From Acidobacteriota bacterium (GTDB lineage Bacteria; Acidobacteriota; UBA6911), in assembly GCA_963664705.1 (NCBI GenBank), contig OY761556.1:608001-672000 (forward strand): a stretch of DNA of 64,000 bases. Reading direction: 5' to 3'. How positions within the stretch are numbered: the first letter of the stretch is position 1; each line of letters starts with the position of its first letter. Under the pieces are notes generated by a model. It ran no database searches. It was not told where the DNA came from and saw only the letters and a program-made list of their open reading frames with translations. A program made the translations under genes and the position numbers. This document shows, one piece after another, positions 50,260-59,602 of this stretch.

Positions 50260-50871
50260 CTACTTTGAAAAATCCACAACCGGAGCCTTTTCGCTTCCTG
50301 GAGCAGACTGGAAGTACGCCTTCTCCTTGAAACCGAACAGCCGGGCAAAGATTGCGCCGGGGAATTGCAATACCTTGGTATTGTAGACTTGAGCTGCATC
50401 GTTGAAGCGCTTTCGCTCAACGGTTATCCGGTTTTCGGTGCCTTCGAGCTGACTCTGCAACTGAAGAAAGTTCTCATTGGCCTTCAAATCGGGGTAGCGT
50501 TCAACCACGACCATGAGCCGTGAGAGGGCACTCGACAGGCCTGCCTGAGCTTGTTGATACTTCTGAAACTCGGCAGGGTTGTTCAGCATATCCGGAGTGA
50601 CCTTAATCGAGCCTACCTGTGCTCTGGAGGCTGTTACCGCTTCCAAAGTCTGCTGTTCGTGGGCTGCATACCCTTTCACCGTAGCCACGAGGTTCGGAAT
50701 CAGATCGGCGCGCCGCTGGTAGGTATTTTCCACCTGGGACCACATCGATTTGACGTTTTGCTCCTCACTGACGAGGCTGTTATAAGTACCCATGGCCGAT
50801 ACGCCGAGAATGATAACGGCGATGACAACAATCGCCAGACAGCCAAGCCCCGTAATTGCACCTTTGGTCAT
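50260..50871 (-). CDS. lemA: LemA family protein
   Basis: YQRRADLIPNLV.TVKGYA.HE, YPDLKANENF, LEGTENRI. Confidence 0.95.
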   Translation of the reverse strand: MTKGAITGLGCLAIVVIAVIILGVSAMGTYNSLVSEEQNVKSMWSQVENTYQRRADLIPNLVATVKGYAAHEQQTLEAVTASRAQVGSIKVTPDMLNNPAEFQKYQQAQAGLSSALSRLMVVVERYPDLKANENFLQLQSQLEGTENRITVERKRFNDAAQVYNTKVLQFPGAIFARLFGFKEKAYFQSAPGSEKAPVVDFSK

Positions 50872-50985
50872 TGCATCCTCCTGAACATAGAATTTGTATT
50901 ATCCCATAAATTCCGGGACAGTCACCATATTCTCCGTATTGGTGGAATTTGCGATTCAAAATGGCGGAAGTCAAAAAAACGGTGT

Positions 50986-52077
50986 TTATTCCCGATTGAA
51001 TCCCACGAAAATCGGCTCCGGATGCAGCCCGATTCCAAACATGGTCCAGACGCGATCCTGAATCTGCTGCATGAGCTCCAGTATTTCCTGCGCTCTGGCG
51101 CCGCCGCGATTGACCAGCGCAAGGCTGTGTTTTGTGGATATCGCGGCACGGCCGACCGAGTACCCTTTGTGAAAACCGGCGTTTTCAATCAGCCATGCGG
51201 CCGGCAGCTTATCCTCGCCCGATGCGGTTCTGAATCGGGGGATGGTTGCATTCGATGCAATCGTGCCCGCAGACTGGGCCTTTCGCTCGGCCTCATCCGC
51301 CGTCTCGGGATTTACGATCGGATTTTTGAAAAACGAGCCCGCGCTCCTGCAATCCGCATCCCCATCATCCAAAGTCATGCCCTTGGATCTGCGTATTTCC
51401 AGGACCGCTTTCCTGGCATCCTGGATGGATGGAGCGACTGCACTGCCGGCAAAGTAGCGCTGCAGGTCCTGGTACTGCAGCGAAGGCTTGCCTCCCGGAC
51501 GCAGCAAATAGCAGACCCGGACAATGATATAGCGTTCTTTTGCCGCTGAATTAAAGAGGCTGGTACGATACTTGAAACAACACTGCGAGTTGGTCAAATC
51601 CTCCAGCGAGAGAGTTGTTCTATCCAGCACTCGCACTGAATGGATAACTTCGCCGGACTCCTGCCCATAAGCGCCGACATTCTGCACCGGTGTTGCTCCG
51701 ACGGTTCCCGGAATGCCGCTCATGCATTCGATCCCGGCGAGATTGTGATCCGTGCACTGCCGGACAAATGAGTCCCATTCTTCTCCGGCCGCCGCCGATA
51801 TAAGCTCGCCATTTTTGTTCTGAAGCCCGTCGATTCCCGCCAATTCAATTTTGAGCACAAGGCCGGAAAATCCCAAGTCGGAAACAACCAGGTTGCTGCC
51901 ACCGCCCAGAATGAACACGGGGCAGCCGCTCCGTTCCGCAAAACGGAGTCCGGCCCTGACCTGATCTTCATTCCGGGCCCTTGCGAAAAACCGGGCCGGC
52001 CCGCCAATCGCAAGCGTCGTGAATGGAGCCAAAGGCACGTATTCCTGAATGTCGAGTTTCGAGCCTGTTTCACTCAT
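50986..52077 (-). CDS. murB: UDP-N-acetylenolpyruvoylglucosamine reductase
   Basis: GGGSNL, GIPGTVGA.PVQNVGAYG, YR.S.F, SAGSFFKNP, H.L.LVN, EP. Confidence 0.95.
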   Translation of the reverse strand: MSETGSKLDIQEYVPLAPFTTLAIGGPARFFARARNEDQVRAGLRFAERSGCPVFILGGGSNLVVSDLGFSGLVLKIELAGIDGLQNKNGELISAAAGEEWDSFVRQCTDHNLAGIECMSGIPGTVGATPVQNVGAYGQESGEVIHSVRVLDRTTLSLEDLTNSQCCFKYRTSLFNSAAKERYIIVRVCYLLRPGGKPSLQYQDLQRYFAGSAVAPSIQDARKAVLEIRRSKGMTLDDGDADCRSAGSFFKNPIVNPETADEAERKAQSAGTIASNATIPRFRTASGEDKLPAAWLIENAGFHKGYSVGRAAISTKHSLALVNRGGARAQEILELMQQIQDRVWTMFGIGLHPEPIFVGFNRE

Positions 52078-52464
52078 GGTTCGAGTCTATGTTCTCTCGA
52101 TATTGTTCGTTTGAGGCTGATAAACCACGGGATATGGTAGCTTGACCGTCCTCCGGGCATCAAGTCTCAATCCAGGCTGAAGCAGCCGGAAAGCATTCTT
52201 GTCATAACCAGGGTTTTTCTGTATCCTCTGGGGCTTCGTATCATCACAGTTGCGAATTTCGACGAGCGCATGGGGACATGACAACGGCGCTGGCTACGGC
52301 CAGGTAGTTATGTGGGTGTCCCTGCGGCATATGATTTGTTGAGAGCCACGACTTGTTTTTTGAATCGGGAGCGCGGGCTTTCCGGTTGACGACGCGGGAG
52401 ATTAGACACGGTTACAAAGCAAGTTCCTACGGACACCAAAAAAACTCAAGCCGAGGCGCGCCCT

Positions 52465-53604
52465 TTGGCGGGGGCAAAAAGATACGGGTTTGTCGACCTG
52501 CTGCGCGGCTTTGCCATTTTGGTGATGATTGAAACGCATGTCATGAATGCGTATCTTCCGCTGGAGCTGAAAAGAGGATCGACATTTTTCTTCTGGCTTT
52601 CCTTCATTAATGGCCTGGTTGCTCCCACATTCCTGTTTGCCGCAGGCTTTTCCATAATCCTGCAGGGCAATTCTCAATGGGACAACTGGATTCACCTCCG
52701 TCTCCCTTTCTGGAAACAAATGCGCCGGCTGGGCTTTATCTGCCTGGTTGCCTACTATAGCCACTTGCAGGGCTTCAGGTTGAGCCGCTATCTCAGTCGA
52801 TGGAATGATGGCTTGATGTGGGAACGGACGCTGCAGGTCGATGTGCTCCAGTGCATCGTCGTGTCCCTTCTGGTTGTTCATCTCCTGATTTTTGTTTTGC
52901 GAAGGAAACATTGGTTGCCATGGGGGCTGGGGCTGCTCTGCCTGTCGGTGGCTTTAACCACTCCACTGGTCTGGAATTACGATTTCAAGGGAACCCTTCC
53001 TCTCACTGTCGCTCTATTCTTGAATCCTCACGGAATCTCGCTGTTTCCTATCTTCCCCTGGCTCTGTTTCGTGCTGGCCGGAAGCCTGGCCGGCTCTCTT
53101 TTTCTGAAGTTTTCCGGTCCGGCCGACCTCCCCGGATTCATGGGGAAGGCTTTGTGGCTTGGCCTGACGATGATCTCCGCCGGGCTCTTGCTGCGGTATG
53201 CCCCATACACGCTTCCCGGATTTGTTAACTTTTATACAACCAGCCCGCTCTATATGATGATTCGAATCGGGTGCGTGCTGTTGTTTATGGTTTTGCTGTA
53301 CAGACTGGAAAACAGCGGGAAATGGATGCCCAAACCGATTCTGCTTGCGGGACAGGAGTCGCTGCTCGTCTATGGCGTTCATCTCTGGGTCATCTTTGCT
53401 TTCCTTCGGGGCAAGAAGCTCGGGCCGATACTCGGAAAGCAGATGGGATACGCGGGCTGTTTCCTTCTCAGCGCTGCCATAATCGTCGCAATGCTGTTGT
53501 TGGCAAAATACTGGCAGGCACTGAAAAAGAACCACCCATCCTTCACACGCCGTGCCCAGGCTGCCGTTGTTTTGATCATGATCGCAATTTTTGCACTGAA
53601 TTAG
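52465..53604 (+). CDS. DUF1624/HGSNAT-like multi-pass membrane acyltransferase-family protein
   Basis: R...VDLLRG.AI..MI..H, AP.FLF.AG, DVLQCI, FPIFPW, GQ.SL..Y..H. TTG start. Confidence 0.8.
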   Translation: MAGAKRYGFVDLLRGFAILVMIETHVMNAYLPLELKRGSTFFFWLSFINGLVAPTFLFAAGFSIILQGNSQWDNWIHLRLPFWKQMRRLGFICLVAYYSHLQGFRLSRYLSRWNDGLMWERTLQVDVLQCIVVSLLVVHLLIFVLRRKHWLPWGLGLLCLSVALTTPLVWNYDFKGTLPLTVALFLNPHGISLFPIFPWLCFVLAGSLAGSLFLKFSGPADLPGFMGKALWLGLTMISAGLLLRYAPYTLPGFVNFYTTSPLYMMIRIGCVLLFMVLLYRLENSGKWMPKPILLAGQESLLVYGVHLWVIFAFLRGKKLGPILGKQMGYAGCFLLSAAIIVAMLLLAKYWQALKKNHPSFTRRAQAAVVLIMIAIFALN

Positions 53605-53771
53605 ATCCCTTAGCTAATTGCGGATTGAGCAACAAAGTGAAGCCGGGACCCCCGCGGGAACGCCACGGTCTCGCCTAATGCCCGCATGTTATTAGCAAAA
53701 AGGCACGCCCGAATGGGAACGGTGAGGTGCGGCTGCTTTTTTTATGCCCTGCTCTGACTTGCAGGCAGCGA

Positions 53772-53780
53772 TGTTATAAT
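53772..53780 (+). promoter_or_regulatory. Extended -10 promoter abutting the dsbD start (leaderless candidate)
   Basis: TG-T-TATAAT, 6 nt, then ATG 53787; no Shine-Dalgarno. Confidence 0.65.
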
Positions 53781-53786
53781 TGTCGC

Positions 53787-55601
53787 ATGAAGCGAACCCT
53801 GCTGATCCTGGTCCTTTGTTTTTGCATTGCTCCAAACGTATTCAGCGCGGAAGAATCGGTGCTTTCCATCCGTCCGGTTAATCCTTCGGCCCCTCTGGTT
53901 CCGGGTGAAACAACGGTCCTGACCGTCGAACTTGTGATCTCTCCGCCCTATCACATCAACTCAGATCGGCCTTTGCAGGACTATCTTATTCCAACCACGA
54001 TGGAGCTGCAGCCGCAGGCAGGATTTCGAATCGGGAAAGCTGTTTTTCCCCCCGCCCCTTCCAAGAAACTCCCGTTCTCTGATGAGCCGATGTCGGTGTA
54101 CGAGGGGACGGTTAAAATCCAGGTATCGTTGACTCCTGACACAGGAGTCAACGGCATCGTGAACCTCAAGGGCAAGCTTCGATATCAGGCATGCAACAAT
54201 CAATACTGCCTGCGCCCTGTAAGCCAGGATTTTCTTGTCCCGCTGAGTGTCGGCTCCGGCTCCGGAGTTCAACCATCTGCAGGGAAATCAACTCCCGAAA
54301 TAGGTAAGCCCCCGGTCGCGATGCAAAAGCAGGCGGACTCGGCCGGGGATTTCGGACACCGCGGATTATTGGTGACTTTCCTCCTGGTATTCCTGGGGGG
54401 GCTGGCTCTCAACCTGACACCGTGCGTCTATCCGATGATCCCCATCACAATCACATATTTTGGCGGCCAGGCCCAGGGGAAGAAAGGCAGCCTCATTGCG
54501 CACTCATTTCTTTATGTGATCGGCATGGCGGTGACCTATTCCATTCTTGGAGTTGTGGCTGCCATGACGGGCGGCCTTTTCGGCTCGGCCCATCAATATC
54601 CTCCTGTTCTGATCGGGATTGCGCTTGTGATGGGAATCCTGGCTTTAAGCATGTTTGATGTCTATGAATTCAGAATGCCGCAGTTCGTGAATCGGCTTGC
54701 GGGGAGTTCTCAAAAGGGTTTTGTCGGCACTTTTCTGATGGGGCTCACGGTAGGAATTGTCGCTGCGCCCTGCATCGGTCCCTTCGTGCTCGGACTCCTG
54801 ACCTATGTCGGGAACAAGGGGAATGCTGTTCTCGGGCTGGCTTTGTTCTTCGTCCTGGCAATCGGCATGGGCGTGCCTTTTATCGTGCTGGGTTTCTTTT
54901 CCGGAAGCATTCAGCGATTGCCGCGCTCCGGAGCCTGGATGATTTGGGTGCGAAAAATATTCGGATTCATCCTGCTGGCCATGGCGCTTTATTTCCTGAA
55001 ACCGCTCTTTCCGGCTCAAGCGGTGTATCATTTTACCCTTTCGATTCTGATGCTGGTGGCGGGCATATATCTGGCCTGGATTGCCAGCGTGCCCGGCGGT
55101 GGCACGATTTTTTCGCGATTGCGCAGCGTCGTCGGAATCGTGTTCATCGGATCGGCCGTCTATTTCGCACTGTCAGGGTTCGGATTCGGTCCGGAAAAAG
55201 CTCAGACTAGCGGAGGAGAAGGCGTCCAGTGGCTGCCCTATTCGGAAACGGTGTTGAACCAGGCTCAGCAGGAGTCGAAGCCCGTTTTCATCGATTTCTA
55301 TGCAGACTGGTGCGCTCCCTGCAAGGAACTTGATAAGCAGACCTATTCGACGCCCGAGGTTGTTGCCCTGTCGAAACAGTTTGTGATGTTGAAAGTGGAT
55401 CTAACCTCCTCGGAGGATCCCCTGGCCGAAAATCTGAGAAAGAAATACCAGGCAAGGGGAGTCCCCACGCTGGTATTTTTGACTCCGGATGGGAAGGAAA
55501 TTGCAAACCTTCGCGGAACCGGTTTCGAATCGAAGGATGTATTCCTGAAGAAGATGACCCTGGCTTTACAGGCCAGTTCCGGAAGGCAGGGGAATATTTA
55601 A
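53787..55601 (+). CDS. dsbD: Protein-disulfide reductase DsbD
   Basis: Signal peptide, QACNNQYC (alpha domain), LTPCVYPMIP and AAPCIGP (TM domain), ADWCAPC (thioredoxin domain). Confidence 0.93.
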   Translation: MKRTLLILVLCFCIAPNVFSAEESVLSIRPVNPSAPLVPGETTVLTVELVISPPYHINSDRPLQDYLIPTTMELQPQAGFRIGKAVFPPAPSKKLPFSDEPMSVYEGTVKIQVSLTPDTGVNGIVNLKGKLRYQACNNQYCLRPVSQDFLVPLSVGSGSGVQPSAGKSTPEIGKPPVAMQKQADSAGDFGHRGLLVTFLLVFLGGLALNLTPCVYPMIPITITYFGGQAQGKKGSLIAHSFLYVIGMAVTYSILGVVAAMTGGLFGSAHQYPPVLIGIALVMGILALSMFDVYEFRMPQFVNRLAGSSQKGFVGTFLMGLTVGIVAAPCIGPFVLGLLTYVGNKGNAVLGLALFFVLAIGMGVPFIVLGFFSGSIQRLPRSGAWMIWVRKIFGFILLAMALYFLKPLFPAQAVYHFTLSILMLVAGIYLAWIASVPGGGTIFSRLRSVVGIVFIGSAVYFALSGFGFGPEKAQTSGGEGVQWLPYSETVLNQAQQESKPVFIDFYADWCAPCKELDKQTYSTPEVVALSKQFVMLKVDLTSSEDPLAENLRKKYQARGVPTLVFLTPDGKEIANLRGTGFESKDVFLKKMTLALQASSGRQGNI

Positions 55602-55653
55602 AACCCGCACGGCGACAGGTCGGCGGAGTTCATCAAACCTGAAAGGATGTTCA

Positions 55654-56022
55654 ATGCCGTATATAACTCCCACGTTGGTAAAACGGGTCAGCCCGATACA
55701 AACCGATATCACATGGAACGACGGACACTTCAGTTCCTACCCGTCCTGGTATTTGCGGGAAAACTGCATGTGTGCTGCCTGCGTTGAGGAATTCTCCGGG
55801 GAGAGAAAGGTCGGTCATGGGAACATCCCCGCTACGATTGAACGGCTAAGCGTTTCGCCCGTGGGCAACTATGCGTTGCAGTTTGGCTGGAGCGATGGAC
55901 ACGAAACCGGCATTTATACTTTTGAATATCTGCGTGGTTTATGTCCTTGTCCGCACTGCCGCCCACAGGGAATCGAGGAACCGCCCGAGCAGATTCTGAA
56001 GCCCGGATCTTTCGAAGTTTGA
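55654..56022 (+). CDS. DUF971 / gamma-butyrobetaine hydroxylase N-terminal-like protein
   Basis: W.DGH.S.Y....LR..C.CA.C, VGNYA....WSDGH.TGIY.F.YLR. Confidence 0.88.
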   Translation: MPYITPTLVKRVSPIQTDITWNDGHFSSYPSWYLRENCMCAACVEEFSGERKVGHGNIPATIERLSVSPVGNYALQFGWSDGHETGIYTFEYLRGLCPCPHCRPQGIEEPPEQILKPGSFEV

Positions 56023-56102
56023 TCCGATTTTTTGGCTGGAAATGATGGACTCCTCACGCTTTTGCCATTTATTAAAATATATTAATATTGCTTGCGTAAA
56101 AG

Positions 56103-56131
56103 TTGCTTTTTGCAAATCGAGCATGTATATT
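56103..56131 (+). promoter_or_regulatory. Sigma70 promoter of csp giving a long 5' UTR
   Basis: TTGCTT-17 nt-TATATT with an AT-rich upstream tract, about 180 nt before the ATG. Confidence 0.55.
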
Positions 56132-56313
56132 CGTCATCGACTTGGATCAGGTTTCTCCCGAGAGAGATGGGTCCAGCAGTTAGGAGGTGGAGGTAGCTCC
56201 ACCGTTTGGTTTCGTCCCCCCTTGGGTTTAAATGGAACGAAAACAGACAATCGATGTTTAAAGTGTATCCTTGCGTGCCGCGCGGGATGTTATTGAAGTA
56301 AAGAAGAGGAAAA

Positions 56314-56523
56314 ATGAAAGAACAAGGCGTGGTTAAATGGTTTAACAACGAAAAAGGCTACGGATTTATTCGGCGCGATTCAGGGGATGATGTTTTCGTG
56401 CACCATTCCGCGATTCAGGCCTCCGGCTTCAAGTCATTGAACGAAGGTGATCACGTTGAATTCAATGTAGCCAAAGGGCCCAAAGGATACCAGGCCCAGG
56501 ATGTTGTGAAACTGCAATCCTAA
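56314..56523 (+). CDS. Cold-shock protein (CspA family)
   Basis: [21 protein letters not shown]...GFKSL.EG..VEF. Confidence 0.96.
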   Translation: MKEQGVVKWFNNEKGYGFIRRDSGDDVFVHHSAIQASGFKSLNEGDHVEFNVAKGPKGYQAQDVVKLQS

Positions 56524-56533
56524 TAATCCCAAG

Positions 56534-56560
56534 GGAGGTTCCGGGCTGCCCGGGACCTCC
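56534..56560. terminator. Hairpin after csp
   Basis: GGAGGTTCCGGG/CCCGGGACCTCC stem; no clear U-tract. Confidence 0.5.
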
Positions 56561-56636
56561 ACCCATAATTCCGTCCTGCATAAATTAAGTTCAAGATTTT
56601 AAATTCCAGACTCCGTCCCTTCCGATGGAAATTGTC

Positions 56637-57275
56637 TCAGGATCGTTTACCAAAGGTCTGTCGATTCAATTCGATCATTTCGGTGACAAGCGTCTTGGCG
56701 CGTAGAGCGGAGTTGATGCATTCGCGCAAATTTTCCTGCGCCTCGGAACTCGACTCTGTTCCGAACATGGCCAATTCCGCGTAGCCCAGGACTCCGGACA
56801 GGATGTTATTGAAATCGTGGGCCATTTTTCTCACCCTGGTGACGTATTCCGGATTGACGATCGGAGCCGTCTGCGGTGCGGCGGCTTTTTTCTTGTCCAG
56901 GGGATCCATAATCAGCTGATAGGAGAGGATGTGGCCTTCGGCATTTTGAAGCGGAGATATCTGGCATTGGACGTGGATTTCGTGTCCCCATGATGTGCGG
57001 AGATATGCTTCGAAGCTGCCAGGCGTCGATGCGGCCATGCATTTCCGGATATTTTCAGGCAGCTCTGTTGATTCCAGGGCTGGAATCTCCGTCAACCTTT
57101 TCCCGTAAACCGGCTCGCTGGACAGGGATTCGAAAACAGATAATCCCGGCGAATTTACGCCGACAATGATCCCTGATGGATCCATGGAAACTACAATGGG
57201 CGCTGTGGGCGTTGGAGCTCCGATGAGGGTATCGCCGGCATTATCCTTGGCCTTCATTTCATCGATCACGTGCAT
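56637..57275 (-). CDS. PAS plus HisKA (DHp) protein lacking the ATPase domain
   Basis: PAS-like N-half, H-box AHDFNNILSGVLGYAEL, then a stop right after helix 2 (RAK.LV...RQ). Confidence 0.75.
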   Translation of the reverse strand: MHVIDEMKAKDNAGDTLIGAPTPTAPIVVSMDPSGIIVGVNSPGLSVFESLSSEPVYGKRLTEIPALESTELPENIRKCMAASTPGSFEAYLRTSWGHEIHVQCQISPLQNAEGHILSYQLIMDPLDKKKAAAPQTAPIVNPEYVTRVRKMAHDFNNILSGVLGYAELAMFGTESSSEAQENLRECINSALRAKTLVTEMIELNRQTFGKRS

Positions 57276-57333
57276 CTCCCCGGGGGGCTTAGGGAATCAG
57301 AACGACGGTCTCAATCCTTTACCGGTTATCCGC

Positions 57334-58122
57334 CTATTCCTGCAGGAGAGTTTCCAGCTTTTTCCGGAGTTCGGCAAGTTCCTTGGATTTGAAAGAATTC
57401 TTGGTATGGACCAGTACGTCTACCGCGTCCTGAACGCCTCGTTTATAGGATATCAGCCGGGGACAATTCATGAGCGTGCACACATTTTCGCTGGTGTCCC
57501 CGCCTGATTGCTTCAGCGAACGGATCGTTGAGACAAGATTCAGCGATATATTGGTAAATTGCCTTACCGTTTCATCGAGGTACCAGTCGAGCGTCCCGCT
57601 TTTGGTGGCCACTGCGCCGGTTCCCTGGTTCGACAGCAGGGACGTCTCCATCTCCTGAATATTACTGAGCCATTGGGAGAAGTCCTTGCGCATGCCCTGC
57701 ATTTTGCGCAGGACTTTGCCTTTCTGGATGGCGGAGCGACAGACCTTGAGCAGGTCGGACGAGATGACGGGCTTGATGATGTAATCGACTACGGAGAGGC
57801 GGAGACACTCTACCGCCGAGTCGAGGGAAGGATATCCGGTCACGATGAGGACTGGGAGGAAGAATGAATCGCCAGCCCGATCCCGCAGGAATTCCAGATT
57901 TCGGTTGCCTGGCATGTTGATATCGATCATCAACAGATCGTATCTGTTTTTTTTGAGACACTCCTCCGCTTCCTGGACCGTGTGAACACAGTCGCACATG
58001 TAGCCGTGCGCTTCCAGTATTTTGGACGTAGGGATCAAGAAGATATCTTCGTCATCCGCAATCAAAATGCGATCCTGGTCGCTGGATTCCTGTTCCTTTA
58101 CGTCTTGTTTCTGGTCGTCCAT
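57334..58122 (-). CDS. Response regulator with unrecognised helical output domain
   Basis: ILIADDE, DINMPG, VTG, YIIKP; C-terminal CTLMNC...TKNSFKSKELA.LR. Confidence 0.85.
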   Translation of the reverse strand: MDDQKQDVKEQESSDQDRILIADDEDIFLIPTSKILEAHGYMCDCVHTVQEAEECLKKNRYDLLMIDINMPGNRNLEFLRDRAGDSFFLPVLIVTGYPSLDSAVECLRLSVVDYIIKPVISSDLLKVCRSAIQKGKVLRKMQGMRKDFSQWLSNIQEMETSLLSNQGTGAVATKSGTLDWYLDETVRQFTNISLNLVSTIRSLKQSGGDTSENVCTLMNCPRLISYKRGVQDAVDVLVHTKNSFKSKELAELRKKLETLLQE

Positions 58123-58286
58123 AGAAATCCTGAGTGTGTTTTATAGATTAAGATTTATTGATATGGGAATCTACACCGGAAATGAGCTGAAAACAACAGT
58201 AGAAAGCATGCGAGGTGGCCACACTCCACCAGTGCGCTACCGGTGCGGGACCGTGATTGCCACTGCATGGGATGGCTGAAGCTTTC

Positions 58287-58308
58287 GAACCTGGCGGGAA
58301 CCTGGCGG
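58287..58308. repeat. Exact 11-bp tandem duplication
   Basis: GAACCTGGCGG twice. Confidence 0.7.
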
Positions 58309-58310
58309 TG

Positions 58311-58347
58311 CGGATACCCCGGGCATCAGGAATGCCCGGGGTATCCG
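58311..58347. terminator. Perfect 16-bp hairpin at the end of the che operon
   Basis: CGGATACCCCGGGCAT/ATGCCCGGGGTATCCG; no U-tract. Confidence 0.55.
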
Positions 58348-58358
58348 TTCCTGAATGT

Positions 58359-59543
58359 TTAACTCATTGATCCGACCGCGCTCTGAACGGACATATCAAT
58401 TGGGAAAGAGGCGGTTTCAGCAAATTGTTTCAATGAATCCCTGGCCGCAGGCGACTCGGCAGCGAACCGGATGGTCATTGAAAGGTTCGACGCGTGTTCG
58501 ACAAGATCAATGAACTTCCTTGTGATGGCCATATCCGACAGGAGACCCTGGTGAACTTCGATAACCAGTTTTGTCAACCCTTCTTCAACCATCTCATCCA
58601 CTTCCTTCCGGATGTTTGTCCCCAGTGCTCCGGAGTAAAGCCTGAACATCGGGCTCTTGTCGGGGGGACACGGCAGAACGCGGATATCGCCCGAGACCGT
58701 CAGGAACTTATTCTGGGCAGCTTTCTGCGATGGTGGCGCCAGGTTGGACACGAGCTGGGTAACATCTTCCTGGCTGAAGGGTTTGTACAGAAAGAGCTTC
58801 AGTCCGTGCGACTGGGCATTATCGATGTCTCCCTGGGCTGTGCGGAGCGGCATGACAGCCACGCGGGTTGTGCTGGAGCCGTTGCCCTGAGTTTTTGCAA
58901 AAGCTTCGTAGACATCCATGGCATTCATGTCCGGCAGACTTGAGTCCAGGAAAACAAACTCAAAACGGGTGCGCGCCATGGCCGCCAACGCGGCCTTGCC
59001 CGAATCGGCAGTAACGACATTGAATCCATCCCCGATGTATTGCTTCAGCATGTTGAGGATGTTTTCCTTGTCATCAATGGCAAGAATGCTCGCTTTTCCC
59101 GGGACCGTAACCGGTGCCGCCGGCGCAGCAGGCGCTGCCGCGGGTGCCGCTTCAGTCGGGATTTCGGTGCCCTCGAACAGATTCAGGATTGGATTTACCT
59201 TCAAGAGAAGGACGTCGCGTGTGAACGGCTTGGCGATATAGTCCCGGAGCCCAAGCTTCATCAGCTTGATCACGGTTTCCTTCACGGTTTCGGTGGTCAG
59301 CATTACAACAGGGATCGGTTTCAGCTTGGGATCTGTCTTCAGCTCAACCAGCGTGTGATATCCGTCCATGACCGGCATGTTGTAGTCGAGCAAAATCAAG
59401 TCCGGCGCCCCTTCGCGAGCGCGTACGAGTCCCTGTTCGCCGTTTTCGGCTTCCAGCATTTTTACTCCGAATGGAGCTAAATGTTTGGCGACGATGAGTC
59501 GCAAAGTCTTACTATCATCTATGGTCAGTACTGTCTTACCCAC
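58359..59543 (-). CDS. Double-receiver protein with C-terminal STAS-like domain
   Basis: REC1 (DD, DYNMP, T, KPF), Ala/Pro linker, REC2 (DD, DSSLP, KPF), about 110-aa tail with STAS-like pattern. AAGGAGG RBS. Confidence 0.8.
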   Translation of the reverse strand: MGKTVLTIDDSKTLRLIVAKHLAPFGVKMLEAENGEQGLVRAREGAPDLILLDYNMPVMDGYHTLVELKTDPKLKPIPVVMLTTETVKETVIKLMKLGLRDYIAKPFTRDVLLLKVNPILNLFEGTEIPTEAAPAAAPAAPAAPVTVPGKASILAIDDKENILNMLKQYIGDGFNVVTADSGKAALAAMARTRFEFVFLDSSLPDMNAMDVYEAFAKTQGNGSSTTRVAVMPLRTAQGDIDNAQSHGLKLFLYKPFSQEDVTQLVSNLAPPSQKAAQNKFLTVSGDIRVLPCPPDKSPMFRLYSGALGTNIRKEVDEMVEEGLTKLVIEVHQGLLSDMAITRKFIDLVEHASNLSMTIRFAAESPAARDSLKQFAETASFPIDMSVQSAVGSMS

Positions 59544-59602
59544 GGAAGCCCTCCTTGGAACTATCCTTTACATCAAATGTTGATATCGCTGAACCCATTT
59601 TG

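Noticed and set aside
52087-52284. 65-aa ORF upstream of murB
   Set aside because: No convincing RBS or motif; left uncalled.
58238-58308. Cobalamin-riboswitch-like words (CGGTG, GCCACTG..GGGATGG)
   Set aside because: No AGGGAA or proper B12 box, and it lies on the + strand with no downstream + gene.
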